A program made the position numbers and the translations under genes. DNA of 64,000 nt from Auanema rhodensis (Eukaryota > Animalia > Nematoda): positions 2,294,001 through 2,358,000 of the forward strand of contig OZ059900.1 of assembly GCA_964057225.1 (NCBI GenBank), given 5' to 3'. Each line of letters opens with the position of its first letter. Positions within the stretch are counted from its first letter, which is position 1. Below, piece after piece: positions 12,494 through 27,637 of this stretch. A model generated the notes under the pieces. It worked only from the letters and a program-made list of their open reading frames with translations, ran no database searches and was not told the DNA's origin.

Positions 12494-14510
12494 CGAGTTT
12501 TGAGTCCAATTGGGCTAAATCGCTCATATATATGATCAAAAGCATAGTTTCACTGTCTATGATAACAAAAGTCTTCAAATATACACTACTAATGATTAAA
12601 TCACTGAATTTCACTCAAATAGCATTACTACACTAAGTATGGTCGTTTTTATGCCTTTAACACCATATACTCACCGATTTTTGGTACAAAATCTGTAATA
12701 CTTGTAAATTTTGATCATATTCGTTAAGATTTGAGAATCAAACACATAATACACGAAATAAGTTTATTTTTACAAGTTTGCACTGATATTTATTCATTTT
12801 GATCAAAAAAGGTCGAAAATAGAAAGAATTTTTGAAATTTCCGAGTTTTGAGTCCAATTTGGCTAAATCGCTCATATATATGATCAAAAGCATAGTTTTA
12901 TTGTCTATAACAACAAAAGTCATCAATTAAACGCTAGTGATGTTTAAATACTGAATTTCGCTCAAATAGCATTACTACACTAAGTATGGTCGTTTTTATG
13001 CCTTTAACACCATATACTCACCGATTTTTGGTACAAAATCTGTAATACTCGTAAATTTTGATCATATTCGTTAAGATTTGAGAATCAAACATACAATACA
13101 CAAAATCAGTCTATTTTTATGAGCTTGCACTGATATATATTCATTTTGATCAAAAAAGGTCGAAAATAGAAAGAATTTTTGAAATTTCCGAGTTTTGAGT
13201 CTAATTTGGCTAAATCGCTCATATATATGATCAAAAGCATAGTTTTATTGTCTATGACAACAAAAGTCATCAATTAAACGCTAGTGATGTTTAAATACTG
13301 AATTTCGCTCAAATAGCATTACTACACTAAGTATGGTCGTTTTTATGCCTTTAACACCATATACTCACCGATTTTTGGTACAAAATCTGTAATACTCGTA
13401 AATTTTGATCATATCCGTTAAGATTCGAGAATCAAACACACAATACACGAAATAAGTTTATTTTTACGAGTTTGCACTGATATTTATTCATTTTGATCAA
13501 AAAAGGTCGAAAATAGAAAGAATTTTTGAATTTTCCGAGTTTTGAGTCTAATTTGGCTAAATCGCTCATATATATGATCAGAAGCATAGGTGTATTGTCT
13601 ATGACAACAAAAGTCATTAATTAAACACTAATGATGTTTAAATCACTAAATTTCGCTCTAATAGCATTACTACACTAAGTATGGTCGTTTTTATGCCTTT
13701 AACACCATATACTCACCGATTTTTGGTACAAAATCTGTGATACTCGTAAATTTTGATCATATTCGGTGAGATTCGAGAATCGAACACACAATACACAAAA
13801 TAAGTCTATTTTTACGAGTTTGCACTGATATTTATTCATTTTGATCAAAAAAGGTCGAAAATAGAAAGAATTTTTGAATTTTCCGAGTTTTGAGTCTAAT
13901 TTGGCTAAATCGCTCATATATATGATCAAAAGCATAGTTTTACTGTCTATGATAACAAAAGTCTTCAAATATACACTAATAATGTGTAAATCACTGAATT
14001 TCACTCAAATAGCTTTACTACACTAAGTATGGTCGTTTTTATGCCTTTAACACCATATACTCACCGATTTTTGGTACAAAATCTGTAATACTCGTAAATT
14101 TTGATCATGTTCGTTAAGATTTGAGAATCAAACACACAATACACGAAATAAGTTTATTTTTACGAGTTTGCACTGATATTTATTCATTTTGATCAAAAAA
14201 GGTCGAAAATAGAAAGAATTTTTGAATTTTCCGAGTTTTGAGTCCAATTGGGCTAAATCGCTCATATATATGATCAAAAGCATAGTTTCACTGTCTATGA
14301 TAACAAAAGTCTTCAAATATACACTAGTAATGATTAAATCACTGAATTTCACTCAAATAGCTTTACTACACTAAGTATGGTCGTTTTTATGCCTTTAACA
14401 CCATATACTCACCGATTTTAGGTACAAAATCTGTAATACTCGTAAATTTTGATCATATCCGTTAAGATTCGAGAATCAAACACACAATACACGAAATAAG
14501 TTTATTTTTA

Positions 14511-14648
14511 CGAGTTTGCACTGATATTTATTCATTTTGATCAAAAAAGGTCGAAAATAGAAAGAATTTTTGAATTTTCCGAGTTTGCACTGATATTTAT
14601 TCATTTTGATCAAAAAAGGTCGAAAATAGAAAGAATTTTTGAATTTTC
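14511..14648. repeat. 69-bp intra-monomer tandem duplication (417-bp monomer), copy 2
   Basis: Same junction (TTTTCCGAGTTTGCACTG) at ~14575-14592, 2155 bp after copy 1. Confidence 0.95.
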
Positions 14649-15818
14649 CGAGTTTTGAGTCCAATTGGGCTAAATCGCTCATATATATGATCAAAAGCAT
14701 AGTTTCACTGTCTATGATAACAAAAGTCTTCAAATATACACTACTAATGATTAAATCACTGAATTTCACTCAAATAGCATTACTACACTAAGTATGGTCG
14801 TTTTTATGCCTTTAACACCATATACTCACCGATTTTTGGTACAAAATCTGTAATACTTGTAAATTTTGATCATATTCGTTAAGATTTGAGAATCAAACAC
14901 ATAATACACGAAATAAGTCTTTTTTTACAAGTTTGCACTGATATTTATTCATTTTGATCAAAAAAGGTCGAAAATAGAAAGAATTTTTGAAATTTCCGAG
15001 TTTTGAGTCCAATTTGGCTAAATCGCTCATATATATGATCAAAAGCATAGTTCCATTGTCTATAACAACAAAAGTCTTTAATTAAACGCTAGTGATGTTT
15101 TAATACTGAATTTTGCTCAAATAGCATTACTACACTAAGTATGGTCGTTTTTATGCCTTTAACACCATATACTCACCGATTTTTGGTACAAAATCTGTAA
15201 TACTTGTAAATTTCGATCATATTCGTTAAGATTCGAAAATCAAACACACAATACACGAAATAAGTTTATTTTTACAAGTTTGCACTGATATTTATTCATT
15301 TTGATCAAAAAAGGTCGAAAATAGAAAGAATTTTTGAAATTTCCGAGTTTTGAGTCTAATTTGGCTAAATCGCTCATATATATGATCAGAAGCATAGGTG
15401 TATTGTCTATGACAACAAAAGTCATTAATTAAACACTAATGATGTTTAAATCTCTAAATTTCGCTCTAATAGCATTACTACACTAAGTATGGTCGTTTTT
15501 ATACCTTCAACACCATATACTCACCGATTTTTGGTACAAAATCTGTGATACTCGTAAATTTTGATCATATTCGTTAAGATTTGAGAATCAAACACACAAT
15601 ACACAATATCAGTCTATTTTTATGAGCTTGCACTGATATATATTCATTTTGATCAAAAAAGGTCGAAAACAGAAAGAATTTTTGAAATTTCCGAGTTTTG
15701 AGTCTAATTTGGCTAAATCGCTCATTTATATGATCAAAAGCATAGTTTTATTGTCTATGACAACAAAAGTCATCAATTAAACGCTAGTGATGTTTAAATA
15801 CTGATTTTCGCTCAAATA

Positions 15819-18800
15819 GCATTACTACACTAAGTATGGTCGTTTTTATGCCTTTAACACCATATACTCACCGATTTTTGGTACAAAATCTGTAATACTC
15901 GTAAATTTTGATCATATCCGGTGAGATTCGAGAATCAAACACACAATACACGAAATAAGTTTATTTTGACGAGTTTGCACTGGTATTTATTCATTTTGAT
16001 CAAAAAAGGTCGAAAATAGAAAGAATTTTTGAATTTTCCGAGTTTTGAGTCCAATTGGGCTAAATCGCTCATATATATGATCAAAAGCATAGTTTTACTG
16101 TCTATGATAACAAAAGTCTTCAAATATACACTAATAATGATTGAATCACTGATTTTCACTCAAATAGCATTACTACACTAAGTATGGTCGTTTTTATGCC
16201 TTTAACACCATATACTCACCGATTTTTGGTACAAAATCTGTGATACTCGTAAATTTTGGTCATATTCGGTGAGATTCGAGAATCGAACACACAATACACA
16301 AAATAAGTCTATTTTTACGAGTTTGCACTGATATTTATTCATTTTGATCAAAAAAGGTCGAAAATAGAAAGAATTTTTGAATTTTCCGAGTTTTGAGTCC
16401 AATTGGGCTAAATCGCTCATATATATGATCAAAAGCATAGTTTCACTGTCTATGATAACAAAAGTCTTTAAATATACACTAGTAATGATTAAATCACTGA
16501 ATTTCACTCAAATAGCTTTACTACACTAAGTATGGTCGTTTTTATGCCTTTAACACCATATACTCACCGATTTTTGGTACAAAATCTGTAATACTCGTAA
16601 ATTTTGATCATATTCGGTGAGATTCGAGAATCAAACACACAATACACGAAATAAGTTTATTTTGACGAGTTTGCACTGGTATTTATTCATTTTGATCAAA
16701 AAAGGTCGAAAATAGAAAGAATTTTTGAAATTTCCGAGTTTTGAGTCTAATTTGGCTAAATCGCTCATATATATGATCAAAAGCATAGTTTTACTGTCTA
16801 TGATAACAAAAGTCTTCAAATATACACTAATAATGTGTAAATCACTGAATTTCACTCAAATAGCTTTACTACACTAAGTATGGTCGTTTTTATGCCTTTA
16901 ACACCATATACTCACCGATTTTTGGTACAAAATCTGTAATACTCGTAAATTTTGATCATGTTCGTTAAGATTCGAGAATCAAACACACAATACACGAAAT
17001 AAGTCTTTTTTTACAAGTTTGCACTGATATTTATTCATTTTGATCAAAAAAGGTCGAAAATAGAAAGAATTTTTGAATTTTCCGAGTTTTGAGTCCAATT
17101 GGGCTAAATCGCTCATATATATGATCAAAAGCATAGTTTTATTGTCTATGACAACAAAAGTCATCAACTAAACGCTAGTGATGTTTAAATACTGATTTTC
17201 GCTCAAATAGCATTACTACACTAAGTATGGTCGTTTATATGCCTTTAACACCATATACTCACCGATTTTTGGTACAAAATCTGTAATACTCGTAAATTTT
17301 GATCATATCCGGTGAGATTCGAGAATCAAACACACAATACACGAAATAAGTTTATTTTTACGAGTTTGCACTGATATTTATTCATTTTGATCAAAAAAGG
17401 TCGAAAATAGAAAGAATTTTTGAATTTTCCGAGTTTTGAGTCCAATTGGGCTAAATCGCTCATATATATGATCAAAAGCATAGTTTCACTGTCTATGATA
17501 ACAAAAGTCTTCAAATATACACTACTAATGATTAAATCACTGAATTTCACTCAAATAGCATTACTACACTAAGTATGGTCGTTTTTATGCCTTTAACACC
17601 ATATACTCACCGATTTTTGGTACAAAATCTGTAATACTTGTAAATTTTGATCATATTCGTTAAGATTTGAGAATCAAACACATAATACACGAAATAAGTC
17701 TTTTTTTACAAGTTTGCACTGATATTTATTCATTTTGATCAAAAAAGGTCGAAAATAGAAAGAATTTTTGAAATTTCCGAGTTTTGAGTCCAATTGGGCT
17801 AAATCGCTCATATATATGATCAAAAGCATAGTTTCACTGTCTATGATAACAAAAGTCTTCAAATATACACTAGTAATGATTAAATCACTGAATTTCGCTC
17901 TAATAGCATTACTACACTAAGTATGGTCGTTTTTATACCTTCAACACCATATACTCACCGATTTTTGGTACAAAATCTGTGATACTCGTAAATTTTGATC
18001 ATATTCGTTAAGATTTGAGAATCAAACACACAATACACAATATCAGTCTATTTTTATGAGTTTACACTGATATATATTCATTTTCATCAAAAAAGGTCGA
18101 AAATAGAAAGAGTTTTTGAAATTTCCGAGTTTTGAGTCCAATTTGGCTAAATCGCTCATATATATGATCAAAAGCATAGTTTTATTGTCTATGATAACAA
18201 AAGTCTTCAAATATACACTACTAATGATTAAATCACTGAATTTCACTCAAATAGCATTACTACACTAAGTATGGTCGTTTTTATGCCTTTAACACCATAT
18301 ACTCACCGATTTTTGGTACAAAATCTGTAATACTTGTAAATTTTGATCATATTCGTTAAGATTTGAGAATCAAACACATGATACACGAAATAAGTCTTTT
18401 TTTACAAGTTTGCACTGATATTTATTCATTTTGATCAAAAAAGGTCGAAAATAGAAAGAATTTTTGAAATTTCCGAGTTTTGAGTCCAATTTGGCTAAAT
18501 CGCTCATATATATGATCAAAAGCATAGTTCCATTGTCTATAACAACAAAAGTCTTTAATTAAACGCTAGTGATGTTTTAATACTGAATTTTGCTCAAATA
18601 GCATTACTACACTAAGTATGGTCGTTTTTATGCCTTTAACACCATATACTCACCGATTTTTGGTACAAAATCTGTAATACTTGTAAATTTTGATCATATT
18701 CGTTAAGATTCGAAAATCAAACACACAATACACGAAATAAGTTTATTTTTACAAGTTTGCACTGATATTTATTCATTTTGATCAAAAAAGGTCGAAAATA

Positions 18801-21800
18801 GAAAGAATTTTTGAAATTTCCGAGTTTTGAGTCTAATTTGGCTAAATCGCTCATATATATGATCAGAAGCATAGGTGTATTGTCTATGACAACAAAAGTC
18901 ATTAATTAAACACTAATGATGTTTAAATCTCTAAATTTCGCTCTAATAGCATTACTACACTAAGTATGGTCGTTTTTATACCTTCAACACCATATACTCA
19001 CCGATTTTTGGTACAAAATCTGTGATACTCGTAAATTTTGATCATATTCGTTAAGATTTGAGAATCAAACACACAATACACAATATCAGTCTATTTTTAT
19101 GAGCTTGCACTGATATATATTCATTTTGATCAAAAAAGGTCGAAAACAGAAAGAATTTTTGAAATTTCCGAGTTTTGAGTCTAATTTGGCTAAATCGCTC
19201 ATTTATATGATCAAAAGCATAGTTTTATTGTCTATGACAACAAAAGTCATCAATTAAACGCTAGTGATGTTTAAATACTGATTTTCGCTCAAATAGCATT
19301 ACTACACTAAGTATGGTCGTTTTTATGCCTTTAACACCATATACTCACCGATTTTTGGTACAAAATCTGTAATACTTGTAAATTTTGATCATATTCGTTA
19401 AGATTCGAGAATCAAACACATAATACACAAAATAAGTCTAGTTTTACAAGTTTGCACTGATATTTATTCATTTTGATCAAAAAAGGTCGAAAATAGAAAG
19501 AATTTTTGAAATTTCCGAGTTTTGAGTCCAATTTGGCTAAATCGCTCATATATAAGATCAAAAGCATAGTTTTATTGTTTATAACAACAAAAGTCATCAA
19601 TTAAACGCTAGTGATATTTAAATACTGATTTTCGCTCAAGTAGCATTACTACACTAAGTATGGTCGTTTTTATGCCTTTAACACCATATACTCACCGATT
19701 TTTGGTACAAAATCTGTAATACTTGTAAATTTTGATCATATTTGTTAAGATTCGAGAATCGAACATACAATACACAAAATCAGTCTATTTTTATGAGCTT
19801 GCACTGATATATATTCATTTTGATCAAAAAAGGTCGAAAACAGAAAGAATTTTTGAAATTTCCGAGTTTTGAGTCTAATTTGGCTAAATCGCTCATTTAT
19901 ATGATCAAAAGCATAGTTTTATTGTCTATGACAACAAAAGTCATCAATTAAACGCTAGTGATGTTTAAATACTGATTTTCGCTCAAATAGCATTACTACA
20001 CTAAGTATGGTCGTTTTTATGCCTTTAACACCATATACTCACCGATTTTTGGTACAAAATCTGTAATACTCGTAAATTTTGATCATATCCGGTGAGATTC
20101 GAGAATCAAACACACAATACACGAAATAAGTTTATTTTGACGAGTTTGCACTGGTATTTATTCATTTTGATCAAAAAAGGTCGAAAATAGAAAGAATTTT
20201 TGAATTTTCCGAGTTTTGAGTCCAATTGGGCTAAATCGCTCATATATATGATCAAAAGCATAGTTTTACTGTCTATGATAACAAAAGTCTTCAAATATAC
20301 ACTAATAATGATTGAATCACTGATTTTCACTCAAATAGCATTACTACACTAAGTATGGTCGTTTTTATGCCTTTAACACCATATACTCACCGATTTTTGG
20401 TACAAAATCTGTGATACTCGTAAATTTTGGTCATATTCGGTGAGATTCGAGAATCGAACACACAATACACAAAATAAGTCTATTTTTACGAGTTTGCACT
20501 GATATTTATTCATTTTGATCAAAAAAGGTCGAAAATAGAAAAAATTTTTGAATTTTCCGAGTTTTGAGTCCAATTGGGCTAAATCGCTCATATATATGAT
20601 CAAAAGCATAGTTTCACTGTCTATGATAACAAAAGTCTTTAAATATACACTAGTAATGATTAAATCACTGAATTTCACTCAAATAGCTTTACTACACTAA
20701 GTATGGTCGTTTTTATGCCTTTAACACCATATACTCACCGATTTTTGGTACAAAATCTGTAATACTCGTAAATTTTGATCATATTCGGTGAGATTCGAGA
20801 ATCAAACACACAATACACGAAATAAGTTTATTTTGACGAGTTTGCACTGGTATTTATTCATTTTGATCAAAAAAGGTCGAAAATAGAAAGAATTTTTGAA
20901 ATTTCCGAGTTTTGAGTCTAATTTGGCTAAATCGCTCATATATATGATCAAAAGCATAGTTTTACTGTCTATGATAACAAAAGTCTTCAAATATACACTA
21001 ATAATGTGTAAATCACTGAATTTCACTCAAATAGCTTTACTACACTAAGTATGGTCGTTTTTATGCCTTTAACACCATATACTCACCGATTTTTGGTACA
21101 AAATCTGTAATACTCGTAAATTTTGATCATGTTCGTTAAGATTCGAGAATCAAACACACAATACACGAAATAAGTCTTTTTTTACAAGTTTGCACTGATA
21201 TTTATTCATTTTGATCAAAAAAGGTCGAAAATAGAAAGAATTTTTGAATTTTCCGAGTTTTGAGTCCAATTGGGCTAAATCGCTCATATATATGATCAAA
21301 AGCATAGTTTTATTGTCTATGACAACAAAAGTCATCAACTAAACGCTAGTGATGTTTAAATACTGATTTTCGCTCAAATAGCATTACTACACTAAGTATG
21401 GTCGTTTATATGCCTTTAACACCATATACTCACCGATTTTTGGTACAAAATCTGTAATACTCGTAAATTTTGATCATATCCGGTGAGATTCGAGAATCAA
21501 ACACACAATACACGAAATAAGTTTATTTTTACGAGTTTGCACTGATATTTATTCATTTTGATCAAAAAAGGTCGAAAATAGAAAGAATTTTTGAATTTTC
21601 CGAGTTTTGAGTCCAATTGGGCTAAATCGCTCATATATATGATCAAAAGCATAGTTTCACTGTCTATGATAACAAAAGTCTTCAAATATACACTACTAAT
21701 GATTAAATCACTGAATTTCACTCAAATAGCATTACTACACTAAGTATGGTCGTTTTTATGCCTTTAACACCATATACTCACCGATTTTTGGTACAAAATC

Positions 21801-24800
21801 TGTAATACTTGTAAATTTTGATCATATTCGTTAAGATTTGAGAATCAAACACATAATACACGAAATAAGTCTTTTTTTACAAGTTTGCACTGATATTTAT
21901 TCATTTTGATCAAAAAAGGTCGAAAATAGAAAGAATTTTTGAAATTTCCGAGTTTTGAGTCCAATTGGGCTAAATCGCTCATATATATGATCAAAAGCAT
22001 AGTTTCACTGTCTATGATAACAAAAGTCTTCAAATATACACTAGTAATGATTAAATCACTGAATTTCGCTCTAATAGCATTACTACACTAAGTATGGTCG
22101 TTTTTATACCTTCAACACCATATACTCACCGATTTTTGGTACAAAATCTGTGATACTCGTAAATTTTGATCATATTCGTTAAGATTTGAGAATCAAACAC
22201 ACAATACACAATATCAGTCTATTTTTATGAGTTTACACTGATATATATTCATTTTCATCAAAAAAGGTCGAAAATAGAAAGAGTTTTTGAAATTTCCGAG
22301 TTTTGAGTCCAATTTGGCTAAATCGCTCATATATATGATCAAAAGCATAGTTTTATTGTCTATGATAACAAAAGTCTTCAAATATACACTACTAATGATT
22401 AAATCACTGAATTTCACTCAAATAGCATTACTACACTAAGTATGGTCGTTTTTATGCCTTTAACACCATATACTCACCGATTTTTGGTACAAAATCTGTA
22501 ATACTTGTAAATTTTTATCATATTCGTTAAGATTTGAGAATCAAACACATAATACACGAAATAAGTCTTTTTTTACAAGTTTGCACTGATATTTATTCAT
22601 TTTGATCAAAAAAGGTCGAAAATAGAAAGAATTTTTGAAATTTCCGAGTTTTGAGTCCAATTTGGCTAAATCGCTCATATATATGATCAAAAGCATAGTT
22701 CCATTGTCTATAACAACAAAAGTCTTTAATTAAACGCTAGTGATGTTTTAATACTGAATTTTGCTCAAATAGCATTACTACACTAAGTATGGTCGTTTTT
22801 ATGCCTTTAACACCATATACTCACCGATTTTTGGTACAAAATCTGTAATACTTGTAAATTTTGATCATATTCGTTAAGATTCGAAAATCAAACACACAAT
22901 ACACGAAATAAGTTTATTTTTACAAGTTTGCACTGATATTTATTCATTTTGATCAAAAAAGGTCGAAAATAGAAAGAATTTTTGAAATTTCCGAGTTTTG
23001 AGTCTAATTTGGCTAAATCGCTCATATATATGATCAGAAGCATAGGTGTATTGTCTATGACAACAAAAGTCATTAATTAAACACTAATGATGTTTAAATC
23101 TCTAAATTTCGCTCTAATAGCATTACTACACTAAGTATGGTCGTTTTTATACCTTCAACACCATATACTCACCGATTTTTGGTACAAAATCTGTGATACT
23201 CGTAAATTTTGATCATATTCGTTAAGATTTGAGAATCAAACACACAATACACAATATCAGTCTATTTTTATGAGCTTGCACTGATATATATTCATTTTGA
23301 TCAAAAAAGGTCGAAAACAGAAAGAATTTTTGAAATTTCCGAGTTTTGAGTCTAATTTGGCTAAATCGCTCATTTATATGATCAAAAGCATAGTTTTATT
23401 GTCTATGACAACAAAAGTCATCAATTAAACGCTAGTGATGTTTAAATACTGATTTTCGCTCAAATAGCATTACTACACTAAGTATGGTCGTTTTTATGCC
23501 TTTAACACCATATACTCACCGATTTTTGGTACAAAATCTGTAATACTTGTAAATTTTGATCATATTCGTTAAGATTCGAGAATCAAACACATAATACACA
23601 AAATAAGTCTAGTTTTACAAGTTTGCACTGATATTTATTCATTTTGATCAAAAAAGGTCGAAAATAGAAAGAATTTTTGAAATTTCCGAGTTTTGAGTCC
23701 AATTTGGCTAAATCGCTCATATATATGATCAAAAGCATAGTTCCATTGTCTATAACAACAAAAGTCATCAATTAAACGCTAGTGATGTTTAAATACTGAT
23801 TTTCGCTCAAATAGCATTACTACACTAAGTATGGTCGTTTTTATGCCTTTAACACCATATACTCACCGATTTTTGGTACAAAATCTGTAATACTCGTAAA
23901 TTTTGATCATATCCGGTGAGATTCGAGAATCAAACACACAATACACGAAATAAGTTTATTTTGACGAGTTTGCACTGGTATTTATTCATTTTGATCAAAA
24001 AAGGTCGAAAATAGAAAGAATTTTTGAATTTTCCGAGTTTTGAGTCCAATTGGGCTAAATCGCTCATATATATGATCAAAAGCATAGTTTTACTGTCTAT
24101 GATAACAAAAGTCTTCAAATATACACTAATAATGATTGAATCACTGATTTTCACTCAAATAGCATTACTACACTAAGTATGGTCGTTTTTATGCCTTTAA
24201 CACCATATACTCACCGATTTTTGGTACAAAATCTGTGATACTCGTAAATTTTGGTCATATTCGGTGAGATTCGAGAATCGAACACACAATACACAAAATA
24301 AGTCTATTTTTACGAGTTTGCACTGATATTTATTCATTTTGATCAAAAAAGGTCGAAAATAGAAAGAATTTTGTAATTTTCCGAGTTTTGAGTCCAATTG
24401 GGCTAAATCGCTCATATATATGATCAAAAGCATAGTTTCACTGTCTATGATAACAAAAGTCTTTAAATATACACTAGTAATGATTAAATCACTGAATTTC
24501 ACTCAAATAGCTTTACTACACTAAGTATGGTCGTTTTTATGCCTTTAACACCATATACTCACCGATTTTTGGTACAAAATCTGTAATACTCGTAAATTTT
24601 GATCATATTCGGTGAGATTCGAGAATCAAACACACAATACACGAAATAAGTTTATTTTGACGAGTTTGCACTGGTATTTATTCATTTTGATCAAAAAAGG
24701 TCGAAAATAGAAAGAATTTTTGAAATTTCCGAGTTTTGAGTCTAATTTGGCTAAATCGCTCATATATATGATCAAAAGCATAGTTTTACTGTCTATGATA

Positions 24801-27637
24801 ACAAAAGTCTTCAAATATACACTAATAATGTGTAAATCACTGAATTTCACTCAAATAGCTTTACTACACTAAGTATGGTCGTTTTTATGCCTTTAACACC
24901 ATATACTCACCGATTTTTGGTACAAAATCTGTAATACTCGTAAATTTTGATCATGTTCGTTAAGATTCGAGAATCAAACACACAATACACGAAATAAGTC
25001 TTTTTTTACAAGTTTGCACTGATATTTATTCATTTTGATCAAAAAAGGTCGAAAATAGAAAGAATTTTTGAATTTTCCGAGTTTTGAGTCCAATTGGGCT
25101 AAATCGCTCATATATATGATCAAAAGCATAGTTTTATTGTCTATGACAACAAAAGTCATCAACTAAACGCTAGTGATGTTTAAATACTGATTTTCGCTCA
25201 AATAGCATTACTACACTAAGTATGGTCGTTTATATGCCTTTAACACCATATACTCACCGATTTTTGGTACAAAATCTGTAATACTCGTAAATTTTGATCA
25301 TATCCGGTGAGATTCGAGAATCAAACACACAATACACGAAATAAGTTTATTTTTACGAGTTTGCACTGATATTTATTCATTTTGATCAAAAAAGGTCGAA
25401 AATAGAAAGAATTTTTGAATTTTCCGAGTTTTGAGTCCAATTGGGCTAAATCGCTCATATATATGATCAAAAGCATAGTTTCACTGTCTATGATAACAAA
25501 AGTCTTCAAATATACACTACTAATGATTAAATCACTGAATTTCACTCAAATAGCATTACTACACTAAGTATGGTCGTTTTTATGCCTTTAACACCATATA
25601 CTCACCGATTTTTGGTACAAAATCTGTAATACTTGTAAATTTTGATCATATTCGTTAAGATTTGAGAATCAAACACATAATACACGAAATAAGTCTTTTT
25701 TTACAAGTTTGCACTGATATTTATTCATTTTGATCAAAAAAGGTCGAAAATAGAAAGAATTTTTGAAATTTCCGAGTTTTGAGTCCAATTGGGCTAAATC
25801 GCTCATATATATGATCAAAAGCATAGTTTCACTGTCTATGATAACAAAAGTCTTCAAATATACACTAGTAATGATTAAATCACTGAATTTCGCTCTAATA
25901 GCATTACTACACTAAGTATGGTCGTTTTTATACCTTCAACACCATATACTCACCGATTTTTGGTACAAAATCTGTGATACTCGTAAATTTTGATCATATT
26001 CGTTAAGATTTGAGAATCAAACACACAATACACAATATCAGTCTATTTTTATGAGTTTACACTGATATATATTCATTTTCATCAAAAAAGGTCGAAAATA
26101 GAAAGAGTTTTTGAAATTTCCGAGTTTTGAGTCCAATTTGGCTAAATCGCTCATATATATGATCAAAAGCATAGTTTTATTGTCTATGATAACAAAAGTC
26201 TTCAAATATACACTACTAATGATTAAATCACTGAATTTCACTCAAATAGCATTACTACACTAAGTATGGTCGTTTTTATGCCTTTAACACCATATACTCA
26301 CCGATTTTTGGTACAAAATCTGTAATACTTGTAAATTTTGATCATATTCGTTAAGATTTGAGAATCAAACACATAATACACGAAATAAGTCTTTTTTTAC
26401 AAGTTTGCACTGATATTTATTCATTTTGATCAAAAAAGGTCGAAAATAGAAAGAATTTTTGAAATTTCCGAGTTTTGAGTCCAATTTGGCTAAATCGCTC
26501 ATATATATGATCAAAAGCATAGTTCCATTGTCTATAACAACAAAAGTCTTTAATTAAACGCTAGTGATGTTTTAATACTGAATTTTGCTCAAATAGCATT
26601 ACTACACTAAGTATGGTCGTTTTTATGCCTTTAACACCATATACTCACCGATTTTTGGTACAAAATCTGTAATACTTGTAAATTTTGATCATATTCGTTA
26701 AGATTCGAAAATCAAACACACAATACACGAAATAAGTTTATTTTTACAAGTTTGCACTGATATTTATTCATTTTGATCAAAAAAGGTCGAAAATAGAAAG
26801 AATTTTTGAAATTTCCGAGTTTTGAGTCTAATTTGGCTAAATCGCTCATATATATGATCAGAAGCATAGGTGTATTGTCTATGACAACAAAAGTCATTAA
26901 TTAAACACTAATGATGTTTAAATCTCTAAATTTCGCTCTAATAGCATTACTACACTAAGTATGGTCGTTTTTATACCTTCAACACCATATACTCACCGAT
27001 TTTTGGTACAAAATCTGTGATACTCGTAAATTTTGATCATATTCGTTAAGATTTGAGAATCAAACACACAATACACAATATCAGTCTATTTTTATGAGCT
27101 TGCACTGATATATATTCATTTTGATCAAAAAAGGTCGAAAACAGAAAGAATTTTTGAAATTTCCGAGTTTTGAGTCTAATTTGGCTAAATCGCTCATTTA
27201 TATGATCAAAAGCATAGTTTTATTGTCTATGACAACAAAAGTCATCAATTAAACGCTAGTGATGTTTAAATACTGATTTTCGCTCAAATAGCATTACTAC
27301 ACTAAGTATGGTCGTTTTTATGCCTTTAACACCATATACTCACCGATTTTTGGTACAAAATCTGTAATACTTGTAAATTTTGATCATATTCGTTAAGATT
27401 CGAGAATCAAACACATAATACACAAAATAAGTCTAGTTTTACAAGTTTGCACTGATATTTATTCATTTTGATCAAAAAAGGTCGAAAATAGAAAGAATTT
27501 TTGAAATTTCCGAGTTTTGAGTCCAATTTGGCTAAATCGCTCATATATAAGATCAAAAGCATAGTTTTATTGTTTATAACAACAAAAGTCATCAATTAAA
27601 CGCTAGTGATATTTAAATACTGATTTTCGCTCAAGTA
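15819..27637. repeat. Local higher-order repeat: three copies of an 11-12-monomer block (15819-19989, 19990-23813, 23814-~27637)
   Basis: Variant order is repeated at offsets 4171 then 3824: 15935/20106/23930, 16202/20373/24197, 16979/21150/24974, 18043/22214/26038, 18717/22888/26712. Private markers TTTTGGTCAT, CAACTAAAC and GTTTATATGCC occur once per copy. Confidence 0.92.

Larger units (their letters stand above)
10467..14776. repeat. Tandem duplication of a 2155-bp block (6 monomers including one +69-bp monomer)
   Basis: Constant 2155 offset between identical ORF variants: 10583/12738, 11544/13699, 11973/14128, 12321/14476. Both copies share the private variant GATTTTAGGTAC (~12259 and ~14414). 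Confidence 0.9.

Noticed and set aside
19393-19410. CENP-B-box-like motif ATTCGTTAAGATTCGAGA
   Set aside because: The canonical core is TTCG-N4-A-N2-CGGG. Here the spacer is one base longer and the end is CGAG. Both CpGs are frequently mutated among monomers.
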